Positions 22,745 to 33,451 of a stretch of 64,000 nucleotides of DNA are shown here, piece by piece. The number at the start of each line of letters is the position of its first letter. Within the stretch, counting starts at the first letter, position 1. Below the pieces are notes generated by a model, which saw nothing but the letters and a program-made list of their open reading frames with translations, was not told the origin of the DNA and made no database searches. This stretch comes from Epithemia pelagica (Eukaryota; Protista; Bacillariophyta): assembly GCA_946965045.2 (NCBI GenBank), contig OX337233.1, forward strand, positions 1,612,001-1,676,000, read 5' to 3'. The position numbers and the translations under genes are program-made.

Positions 22745-24111
22745 AAAATGCACGTGATGAATTCTACACCCAAAATTCTAGTAAGTGGAAAGTAGGAGTG
22801 TTGTGCCACAGCATGAAACAACAACTCATCATCGACTCTCAGTTTGGAGCAGTTCCCGGTAAAGATGCTATCATCCCAACTATGATAGAGGAATCATACC
22901 AATACAAGATTAGCCGAGCAAGCAAACGACCACTTGTGCATCTCGAGTATGATGCAACAGCCTGCTATGACAGGATCATCATGAATTTCGGCAGCTTGGT
23001 GTCTAGGAGCTATGGCCAACACCAGTCTATTGTCTTTATCAATGCTAAGACATTGGAAGAAGCTAAGTACTATCTCAAGATGCAACTTGGTGTTTCCAAA
23101 CGGTGCTGCAAGCATTCTTGTACAATTCATCCCATATATGGATCTGGCCAAGGTGCTGGTAAGTCACCAGCGATTTGGTGTATTATCAGTTCCGTCCTCT
23201 TCGATACGTACGAATCCAAAGCACTCGGTGCTTCATTTCAGTCACCTGATGGACAACTGAAGGTGTGTGTCTACATGATCGGCTTTGTAGATGATACAAG
23301 TGGTAGTGTTCATGAATTTCTGCTTCCCGAACCTGCCTCACCGGAGCATTACATTCAGCGTTCTACAAGTGATGCTCAATGATGGGAGTTCCTACCATTT
23401 CATGTACTACAAGTTTACGATCGAGGGTTTACCAGTGATGCAAGTAGGAGAATTTGGTCCAATGATAGAAATTGAATTTGAGGCCGGTGAATCTGCATGC
23501 CCTTTGAAGCAACTCTCTGCGTATTCGAGCCATAAAACACTGGGCGTTCATAAAGCTCCAAGTTCGACCGATAAAGGCGTGTACGATTCTCTTCGAAAGA
23601 AAAATAAACAACATACGGATGTCATGAACCACAGCCCTTTCAATCCAACAGATGCCTGGGCTTAATATCATTCGATTTATTTGCCAAGCATCTTCTACCC
23701 GTTTCCATCTTCTTCTATATCCAATCATCACTGTCTCAACTAAAAAAAGAATTTAAAGTGGCCTTTCTTCCCAAATTTGGAGTCAATCGCTGTACTCCCA
23801 ATGCAGTGGCGTATGGCGCTGCTGACTATGGTGGATTGTCTCTACGAGATCTCTCTGTGGAACATGGAATCTCGCAAGTTTATATGTTTTTTGCTACGAT
23901 TTGTCCTTGTGGGGTCGCCTACGATTTGGCCTCCATGTTATCTTGGGGCCAATTTCTTGCTGGCACAAGTGAACCAGTTCTCATGGACATTCATCACAGG
24001 CTTCCTTATATGGATCCAATGCAATGGCTTCCTTCTATGAGCAACTTTCTTGCTTTGGTCAATTGTCAGAATGAGGTGGGCCTCAATTTTGTTCCTACAA
24101 TTCAACATTGA
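22745..24111 (+). pseudogene. Non-LTR retrotransposon RT fragment (Ambal-like)
   Basis: QFGAVPGK, DATACYDRI, GSGQG..SPAIW, FVDDT, KTLGV, GGLSL; contains stops and frameshifts. Confidence 0.8.
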
Positions 24112-24564
24112 ACCCTCAGTATCTGGAGCCATCTCTTATGGTGGCTGTGTCAGATTCAGATGGGCACGAGATACCCGACATCTAAGGGGGGAAATCCCCC
24201 TTTTTCATAAAATGGTCCCCCAAATGCACTGGGGGAGCGGATTTTATGCACACAAATGCACCTCCCAACCAATAAAATGGACCAAAACGCACATATAGCT
24301 ACATTTTAAGACAATAGCAAGCAAAGCGTCGCTAATAAGATTTCTCTTAATGCACATTCCTGCATCTTTTTATCTCAAGTATTGATTTGGCACACCGAAG
24401 GTGTGTCAATGTTTTGTCGCTCGAAGAGCGACTGAAATACCGCGCCTGTATTTTCATGAACCCCACTACGGAATTGTTGTTCATGTGAATTTGGTACTAT
24501 AGACATTTTCTGTAGTCGGTATTCGGAATCTTTACTATAGAAGTATTTAGTATATATTTCATCG

Positions 24565-25097
24565 TCAGTTTCTGCCGTACTTGCGCTTGTTCTGATTGGC
24601 CGTCTCGTTCTTGTCGGACTCGATTTTGTCCATCCGAATCTGCAAGTCGCGCATCATCGTCGCCAAATCCATCATAGTCTTCTCGATATTCGCGATGCTT
24701 GCCGACTGTGCCATTGGAGGTACGTCTTCGGTAGGGATGGCTCGTGCAACGGACGCGCTGCGCACCTCCACAGGCGTCGGCACCGTTTCCTCAGCAGTCG
24801 CAGTAGGTACTGCACGTATATCTTCTTCGTAGACTCGGTACCGTCGGGTCTCAACGGCTTTAACATGGTCTTCGTACCCAAGTTGGTACACCTTGGAATT
24901 CTCAATCTCGCGAGGCACTCCAAGGGATCGGAGGGGTTTAATGTTTGTCGGCTGAACATCACCGTGACTATGCTCCGTAGTTGTGTAGTCTTGTTGAGCT
25001 TCGTCACCCACCCCACTTCACCTTTACGCGACCCAGTCTGAGGCACCACAATCATCCCCACCCGTAGCTCATTGTTGCGAGGGGAAGACAACATCAT
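24565..25097 (-). CDS. Hypothetical protein (two overlapping ORFs, probable frameshift), KOW/SH3-like N-terminus and coiled-coil C-terminus
   Basis: LRVGMIVVPQTGSRKGEVGWVTK followed by IEKTMMDLATMMRDLQIRMDKIE. Divergent from the ORF at 25367. Confidence 0.35.
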
Positions 25098-25463
25098 TTT
25101 CGTTGCTTTGTTTTTTGACTGTCGTGGAACTTGACGAGTAGGACGGAGATACCCTTAGGCAATTTGTTTGATTGTTGTTTCTGTAGGAACTGTCGCGTCA
25201 GGATATTGAGCGCCTGTCCCTTCGCGCCATGATTTGAATGGTATAGTTGGGCTTGAGATTGCGCCGACTCGTTTGTTGTTTTGGGCGTTTGATTGTTTGA
25301 TTGTTGTATCACAAAATAGTTTGTTGTGTCATTCGTTGTGTCCTTTTGTGTGTCGATTGTTGCATCATGTCCAAGCAAAAGCCCATTGAGATCGCTGCAG
25401 AGTCTGTTGCGTCTTCAGATTCTCCCCGTTCACTTGGTTCCGTGATTCCCATGATGAAAGAGG

Positions 25464-28400
25464 TAGAGGTTGGACCCGCACCGCGGTGCCGCGGATCGGA
25501 TCCGCGGATCCGCGGTGCTGATCCCTGGCACCGCAACGAAAGTGACTGGCTGATCCGATCCGCGCTACCCGCACCTACACACAGTAAAGGCGACGTCTAT
25601 AACATTCGCCGTCGTTCTCTGCCTTTCTCCTCGCAACCACCAATCAACCGTGTACCCTGTAACCCGTAGCAAGTGGTGTGGGGAGGCTTCCCACGGATTG
25701 TCCAAAGATGGAGCTCGAAGACACAGCATCCGATGAGACATCATCCGATGAAAGTGTAGTGCTTGTTTCAGCACGTGTCAAGCCACAATCAAGTAAAACA
25801 CAAGAACCTGAGTCGATGGACACTGAATCAGATCCAGAGGAAGAAACTGTTTCAGCTTCGGTGGCAGCTAGAAAAAGAAAGGCAGCAATGCATCAGAAAA
25901 AAAAGAAAAAAATCATCCCAGAAGAAGGCAAAGAGCATCACAAAGACTCTTCCCAATGTTTCCAATTGCCTGAGGACGCCCATTGTGATACAAGACCCCA
26001 ATACTGGATTGGACATAGACATCACAAAACAACATTCATCAACAGCCAGTCTCTCATTATCTATCCCTGATTCTCAGAAGACTGCATTTTATTGGAATTT
26101 TTTTCATTGTGACCAGAAGGAGATTCACAGGAAACAGAAAGATGGTTCCACGAAGCTGATCAAAGTTGCCTGTGCCGTATGCAATCTATGTGGTACGGCC
26201 ATTGTGACTGAGAGGCGGAGCTACTCACCACTGGACAAGCACATGAGAAGCTCTGCCCACAGTAAACTGTACTTTGCCACGGCTTCCAAGTTAGGAGTAC
26301 AACTGGGCAAAAATGCACCACCTCCTCCCGAAGAAAACAAGGCCTCATCCGAGCCTTCTGCAGGAAAGTCTAAGCCTACTTCCACTACCACTAACAAAAA
26401 GAATAACACAAAGCAGACGGAGCTGACATTTTCCAAAAAAATGAGTCCTGCAGAAACAAACAGAATGAAGGAAGCACTAACGAATGAGTGCTTAAATGCA
26501 CACGTTGAGTTTCGCATCAAAACCCTAACGCCTGTTTCAAGGATTGCGGACCCATCATTTTTCAAACTGCGAGAAAGCATTGCAAAATGTGCAATAGCTC
26601 AAGCAAACTATGAAATAGGCTCACGCATGATCAAAAACCAAACAAAGTTTCTTGCTGACGAAGGACGGAAAAGGTTGAAGGAGCAAATGAAAGGACAAAC
26701 CATTGCACTCACCACAGACCACTGGACAAGTCGGCGTGGCCACACGTACGCTAGCTTTACAGCTCAATTCATTGATGTAAACTTTGAGATGCAAAGCACT
26801 GTTCTTGCCGTGTACCAGTATCACGGCTCGACATCTGCTGACAAAAAAAAACGTTGATTTCAAGAAAAAGCTCGAGGAATGTGAAATCCCTGAATCCAAT
26901 GCCAAGTTCCTTGTGACAGATACTGCTGCGAACATGAACTTGGCAGGAATCAAATTGAGTGCCGAGAGTGATCATCACGATCACATCTATTGTCTTGATC
27001 ACGTCATTCAGGTGCGTAACCTTTGTTAGTGTGTCGTCACTGTTTGGGCTTTTTCAAGATAACTAAAGTCTTTTCTCTACTGTTCAAAGCTCATTGCAAA
27101 ATTAGCATTCAATGCCAAGATCTCAGGCCAGGCATTGGAAACCGTTGATGACTTACAAGATGAAGATGACAATAATGACGACAACACTTCGTCACTGTCT
27201 GTGATGAAGAAAATGCGACGAATAATTGCTTATTTTAATAAATCCTCACAAGCTCAAGAGCAATTGGAGAAATGCATGGAAGAGGAAAATGGTAAATGCC
27301 TGTCGCTTGTTCAAGATGTAGTAACACGATGGTGGTCAACATTGCAGTCTGTCGAACGAACGCTAGAAGTGAAGAAGAGTCTGCAAAAGTTTTTTGGTGA
27401 CAACGACAGTGCAACTCTTAAGAAATGGGCATCCAAGGAAGAAGGTGGGGGTTACAAGTTACCTCTGCCACTCTCAGCTGATGAATGGACGGCACTAGTG
27501 CAACTCACAACCCTGTTACAACCATTCAAGACAGCACAAAAACAATTGTCGGCATCACGTTATGTGACTTCTTCAATCGCAATTCCTATGATTGATTGTA
27601 TTGAAGAAAATCTCAATGCACTCGAGGAAGAAGTGTACTTCAATTCAACAGTTTCATCCCTCGTGAAAGACATGAAGGCCAAGTTTCATGAACACTTTGG
27701 ATCTGTTAAAAATGATTTTGTCAATGAGGTACAGAGAGGACTCCGTCGACGGCAGGTTGGACTCCACCCAGCTTTTTACAAGGCCTATGCCCTAGATCCA
27801 AGATCAAAGAAACTTGGTTGCCTTACCGACGACTGCAAGAAGAGGGTGTGGAGTGCAATATTGGTAGAACTTACAAATCTGGGAGCACCGGATCAAAATG
27901 AAGCATCAACACCTACGTTGGCATCACCAAGACAGAAGAATATGCGTCGTACAGAAGACACAGATTGGATGGATAAATTTGATGAAGATTTAGAGTCTCC
28001 CAGACTGACTAATTCAGATTCTGTTTCGTGGACGACCAAAGTAAAAATTGAGTTGCAGGAATACCAAGAAGCCATTGGACTGCCATACAGGACACGAGAC
28101 AAGGCTAAGGTCTATGACCCACTTGTGGATTGGTGGAAACAAAACTCAACCAAGTATCCAAATGTGTGGAGGTTGGCGAAGCTCTATTTAGGTTTTCCTG
28201 CTTCGGCAAGTGACTCTGAACGTGCGTTCAGTATCGCTGGATTGATTGTGACACCCAAAGCATCTGTTATCGACCCAGGGAACGTTGACGACATTCATTT
28301 CTTGCACCAAAACTGGGACTATATCTTTCAGTGACAAGAACTAACTATCAACTATAAACTATGTATATTAAAGCTTCCATACCTAGTCGCTATGTATCTG

Positions 28401-28501
28401 ATAGTGCGGAACTGCGGAACACGCAGATATTTGGACCCGCAAAGGCTGGGAACCGCAGGTAATCTACCCGCATGGATTGGAGCTCGCGGGTCCAACCTCT
28501 A
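25464..28501 (+). mobile_element. Complete hAT DNA transposon (3038 bp)
   Basis: 16-bp perfect TIRs TAGAGGTTGGACCCGC (25464-25479 and 28486-28501), 8-bp TSD GAAAGAGG, subterminal CCGCGG repeats. Confidence 0.96.
25708..28334 (+). CDS. hAT transposase (BED finger, DDE, dimerization domain); two frameshifts at poly-A runs and a probable intron at about 27012-27089
   Basis: CAVCNLC..HMRSSAH, LTTDHWTS, VTDTAAN, CLDH, TRWWS, WWKQN..PASASDSERAFS. Confidence 0.88.
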
Positions 28502-29226
28502 GAAAGAGGCCATCCAGGGACTCAAGTACCATGATAAGACCAAGAAACTTGTGTTGGACAAAAAGGGAGTGGGGGACGATGGGTATTGGGATTTCTCTGT
28601 TTCTACAAAAGAAGAACATAAACCCTATCACACGGATCTAGCAAAGGCAATTCTCCAAAACGTGGGGCACCCCTTCGACGACGACGATATCAGCGTACTT
28701 CCTCACAACGAAAAGGGGTACATGCAGTTTGAGTTTTTGGGGGCAAAAAATAAACTCAAGAATGGAATGCACATGGAATGGGCATACGTTTACAATCTTG
28801 CGCGCTACCCCAAGAAAGTGGAAACCAAGACTATGACCGAAGAGGGGGTGAAGGAACTCGAGAACAGTTGGCGCGTCTACATGTTGTACGCTACTTACTT
28901 CGACGGCATGCTCCATCAACGTGTGAAACAGGGGTGTTAGTTTTCCAAGGCAGACATGTGATTGGGTTAGACGAGTCACTCAGACACATTAACACATAAG
29001 TAAACAACAAAAATAAACTGTCTTACCGTTCAAAAAACGAATCCCACCAACTTCCCCAATCACGCACAGGCACTTCAAAAAACGCAAAGACGAAATTCCC
29101 TCTGCCGATCCGGTCGGTCGCTCGCGCTTTTTTGAGCTTCCGAGCGACGACAATGGGACAAGTCCATTCCATCAATAAGTTTCTGGGCATCTCAACAACA
29201 AAAATAGAGTAAAAACATAAGAGAGA

Positions 29227-32069
29227 GTGTTAGAAGCAGCCATAATGGTTTCCCAAACAACTCTGGTTGGCTTCTCCATGGGTTGCCAGTCTCAGGGCCA
29301 TCGCAACCTGATGAAACGAGCGCCAAGGAAAGACCCACCACCCAAAAAGCTCTCCCAAAGGTCAGTCTTTGGTGAGGAAAAGTTTATTCCAGAGAAGGAA
29401 TGCCCAATCTGCAAGGCAAAGGCACTGGGACTTACCAAACCCCACAAAAGCCACCACCAACGCTGCCCACACAACAGGAAGACAAAGGGGCTGGGATCGA
29501 ATGACACTTGGGCAGGGGAAATCTGTGTTGACACAGAGAGGGTGAACAAACTGTTGGCTCAGGAAATGGCAAGGCCTATTGCTGGGCCAGAGACTTGCCA
29601 CCCATCCAACAACAACCAAGAAGCCTTGGAGAGCTTCATGGCTCCTCGCAACAACTGTGCACAAGGTTTGCCCAAACCTTTCGCACTGTCAGTGGATTGG
29701 GATCGTGAGTACGCTGCACGAAGAAAAGCAGAAGAGCGAGAGAAGAAAAACGTTAGCACGCGTCCGGCCCTATTCACTCCCTCAACGGAACTCAACAATA
29801 CTATGGAAACCGTTAAGCCCCCTACCGTAAGTATTCCAAAAAAAAATTCGAAAACTACGAAAGACGTGACAGAACCAGCGCACGCACCTCTTGAAGTGTT
29901 TAAACAACAAATTCTGAGTCGTTGGGCAGATGTGACAGATGATGTGACTGTGCCAAAAATGGTGCACGCGCTTGCGGGCTATATTGCGGACTCGTGTTTT
30001 GGTCACACGCGCAGTACACAGAAATTGCAGTCGTTCTTCCGTGGAATGGCATTTTGTGTACCCCCCATCCGAGGTAACACGTGTGCTCTGTATGATTCAG
30101 TCGTGAACCAGGAAATCTTGGTAGTGGATTGGGAAATGTTCTTCCCCGATCATTCCCTTCGTTGTCCACGATGCGACGGTACTCTCCAGCGTACTCGGTC
30201 TAATTTTTCAAAAAACAAGACTCTGTTTCCGTTGTTTGGGATGAATGGTCCCCCAATGTACGCCATCCTGATGGGGTATAAGTGCCCCTGCTGCCGGGCG
30301 AGCTTCCAGTCCAACGATGGAGAGCTTCTTGCCACATTGCCGATCTACATGGCAAATTGCTACCCGGTCGAGCCGAAGTATGCAAGAGGTAACCAGCATA
30401 TCACTAAGACGGCAACACGACACTTTGAAGGATTGATGCTAATCTACGGAAATGGAGATAAGTGCTCTAGGATGTTGCTAGATGGGATTAACAAGGACTA
30501 TGAGGAGAGAACTGCCTCCTACTACTCATTCTGTAAGGAAGCGAACAAAAAGGGTGAAGACTACCCTGTCAAGGATGGTGAGTGGTTAGTACGTTACCCA
30601 CCTTTGGGAGAAACAATCCGCCAACTCTATGACGATGCTGCAAGTTCAGATTGGACCTGGTACAAAATATCAGATCATGACAGAAACAGACGTGAGATTC
30701 AAGGTGTAAAATGCACAAAAGTCATGGCTCACGACCATACTCATGAAGTCGTGAAAAATTACCCCTCCAGGATCAAGGCTGTTGCATTATGGGATTCCTC
30801 AAATGAGAGAGGTGAAATAGCAGCAGCAGTGTTAGTCCCGACTACTAAAACAAAGGATGTGGCACACGCAACAGAGCAGCTTCTTCGACGTACCTGCTTT
30901 GAGCCGAAGGCAATGTATACTGATACATGCCCACATGGAGAAGATTTTTGGGGATTGTTGGTTCCTGGAGCAAAACTTTGCCTTGGACTGTTTCACTTTC
31001 TACAACGGATATCCAAGACCTTGCGCAATCGCCACATCGACCATGGCAAGGCAATTCGCGCTTTGTGTTTATGAGTACGAAACAGAGGATCTAGAAAAAT
31101 TGTTGGATGCTTTGAAAACAGGAACTCTTTCAAGTGTTGGGCGTTGTTATACTGAAGATGAGATACAAGATATGATGAACACAAAGGTTTTCCGACAGCG
31201 ATACGGAAAGTACTTACGCAAGAAGATACACGGTCATTGCAAGCAACCTTGAGCGATGGAAGGTGCTGTTCAAAGTTGGCGAATCACCCGGGAAGCCTCC
31301 AGGCCAAGGTAGACTAGACCCCAAGACCAACCAAACCTTGTTCACCCACAAAACCCACGATGCAATTGAAAATTGCAAGAAGAAGGCACAATATCTTGCG
31401 GATCCCTTGCCCCTGAACGAAATGTATAGTGAGTTGAAGGCAAATGCAAACTCTAAACATGGGTTGTCTGAATGGGATACTTGCCGGGGTGAGTCAATGC
31501 TTGAGTCCTTCCATGACAACCTGTCCAACTTTGCAAACACAGGCATGAGAGAATCACTTGCCGACAATCTGAACCTCGCAGGAACCGCGCGATACAATCT
31601 TCAGATCCGTCATAGGATCCGAGTCCGAAACAAGTCTGAAGAAGAAAGAGCAAAAATCCCAGCAGGATGGGAGTTTGTGGTGAGTCACTACAATCATAGT
31701 GCACTTGCTCACATCAACAAGTTGGCGATTGGTGCTGGAGCATCGCCACCATTTCAGGACGTCGAAAACTTACCTCAGGACACAGGCGAACGATTTTTTT
31801 CGGAATACCTCGCCGTACGAGCCGAGGTTGCAAGAGTGCCGAAACATCCATTGAATGATCGGTGCCAGTGTTTTCAATGTGGGCGCAGTCCGGTGAGATT
31901 GCCACATGATGCATCGATTCCAATGACAACCACAACAACAACAGCAGGCGACCTTGTCATGGTACGGTTGAACCCGTACAAGAAAGCAAAGACGTCCAGT
32001 GGGCAACAAGCAATGCAACAACAGCACCAAACCACAACAACAGTCCAGCAAACAGATATTGGGGATTAA
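29227..32069 (+). pseudogene. Unclassified large DDE-type transposase with zinc-finger motifs (at least two breaks)
   Basis: CPIC..H..HQRC, CPRC..CPCC, AHDHTH (D1), YTDTCP (D2), GLFH, RGESMLESFH (E). The order resembles the C/DxxH class of DDE transposases. Confidence 0.6.
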
Positions 32070-32082
32070 TTTCCATCAAAGG

Positions 32083-33354
32083 ATGTCTGACCCAGTTCTC
32101 AAGGGGGGCAGCTTGGCTAATCGTTCGAACGATGGGCCCACCGCCTTGCCCTGGGAAGACTCTCCGTCTAGGAAGTCTTCCGTGAGAAGGGCGGGACTGG
32201 CGACGATTCTTTCTGATGAGCAAATATTGGGCAACTTGGAGCAAGACAATAAGGCCACCCATCTTTCTTCAGTCATCCATTGTTTCAAATCTAAGAAAAG
32301 TTCCTCACAACGGACACAGGCTGCCTTGTGTATATTGGAGGCTGGTGGTAAACCACCTCCTTCCTCATCTAAGCGTTTCAGACGACATCAAAACAAACAA
32401 AGGAAGAAAAAAAAACAAAAGCTTCAAAATCTCTTCCAAGTTCCAGATGTGCCAAGCTCCTTCAAATGGAAGAAATCAACGTTGGAAAAGAAAATGATTG
32501 CCTTCCATGATGAACATTTGGCAGATGACACGAAGAACAAAGGCTCCAATAATCAACCATTCTTTTCCCCACTTGCAGAATTGGTTACAACGGATGTGGG
32601 GAGGGCCGGAGCCATATTTCGAACTGATGATTCAACACTGCCTGTTTATATCAAGACGCCTATGAGTGAAATGACAACACCACTTATCCAGAAGAAGATC
32701 CTGTGCATATTTGAGAAATTCGAGGATGAATACAAGACTCCCCAACAAAGAGGTCAATCCCGCTGCGTCGGATTGGAGTCCCACAACTCGTCATATATCA
32801 CAATTGGTAAACATGCCAATCGTGGAGGAAAAGGCATCGTCGATTCAAAAATGAAACTTCTACATTGGAGAGAAAAGGAAACCCTGATTCGGTTCGTACG
32901 ACAAGTGGAAGAATGCTTCTGTCAATGGGTCGACTCCTCCTTTTTAACTGGCTTTTCCGTGATGAAGGCAATCCAGGAAATCGAAACTCTCTCTTTTGAA
33001 GGCAAAGAATCAACCTTTTTCTCTTCCATTGCTTTCGGAAAAAATGTTTTCCTTCCAGCCCATACAGACAACGATTTCTGTTATTCAGTTGTCATGGCAC
33101 TCGCGAGAGAGCCCGAGAAGACAGGTGACGACATCCTATGCTACTTTGTTTTCCCAGAGCATGGGCAGAAAGTTGCAATGAGAAATCTTGACTTTCTCAT
33201 ATTCAATCCACAAGTGTACCATTGTGTTTCAAAAAGGGTAACCCACGACGATGTTTATTGTGCCTCGTTTTACATGAAAACTGTAGTCGTTGGGAAGAAC
33301 GACAACTCCATCCCCCTGAACGACCTTGAACAATGTCTCTGTAATAACTATTAG
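32083..33354 (+). CDS. TET/JBP-like Fe(II) dioxygenase (423 aa from ATG 32083; the frame is open from 31999)
   Basis: Double-stranded beta-helix core: FSSIAFGKNVFLPA-HTD-NDF..YFVFPEHG..VAMRNLDFLIFNPQVY-H-CVS..SFYMK. Basic NLS-like run upstream. Confidence 0.72.
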   Translation: MSDPVLKGGSLANRSNDGPTALPWEDSPSRKSSVRRAGLATILSDEQILGNLEQDNKATHLSSVIHCFKSKKSSSQRTQAALCILEAGGKPPPSSSKRFRRHQNKQRKKKKQKLQNLFQVPDVPSSFKWKKSTLEKKMIAFHDEHLADDTKNKGSNNQPFFSPLAELVTTDVGRAGAIFRTDDSTLPVYIKTPMSEMTTPLIQKKILCIFEKFEDEYKTPQQRGQSRCVGLESHNSSYITIGKHANRGGKGIVDSKMKLLHWREKETLIRFVRQVEECFCQWVDSSFLTGFSVMKAIQEIETLSFEGKESTFFSSIAFGKNVFLPAHTDNDFCYSVVMALAREPEKTGDDILCYFVFPEHGQKVAMRNLDFLIFNPQVYHCVSKRVTHDDVYCASFYMKTVVVGKNDNSIPLNDLEQCLCNNY

Positions 33355-33451
33355 AACTAGTATCTAACACTATCGTTTCATAGGGCAACCAATATCTCCT
33401 AGTGAGCATTTAGTAACTGAGGAGCATGTTTTCTCATATATTATGTTGTTC

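Larger units (their letters stand above)
25367..28940 (+). pseudogene. 175-aa hypothetical gene interrupted by the hAT element (pieces 25367-25463 and 28510-28940)
   Basis: Removing the hAT and one TSD gives an open frame MSKQKPIE..MMKE-AIQGLKYHDKTKKLVLDKKG..KQGC*. Confidence 0.7.

Noticed and set aside
29227-32069. KDZ or Plavaka transposase, the known TET partners
   Set aside because: I could not find their characteristic motifs by eye, so it is left unclassified pending a profile search.
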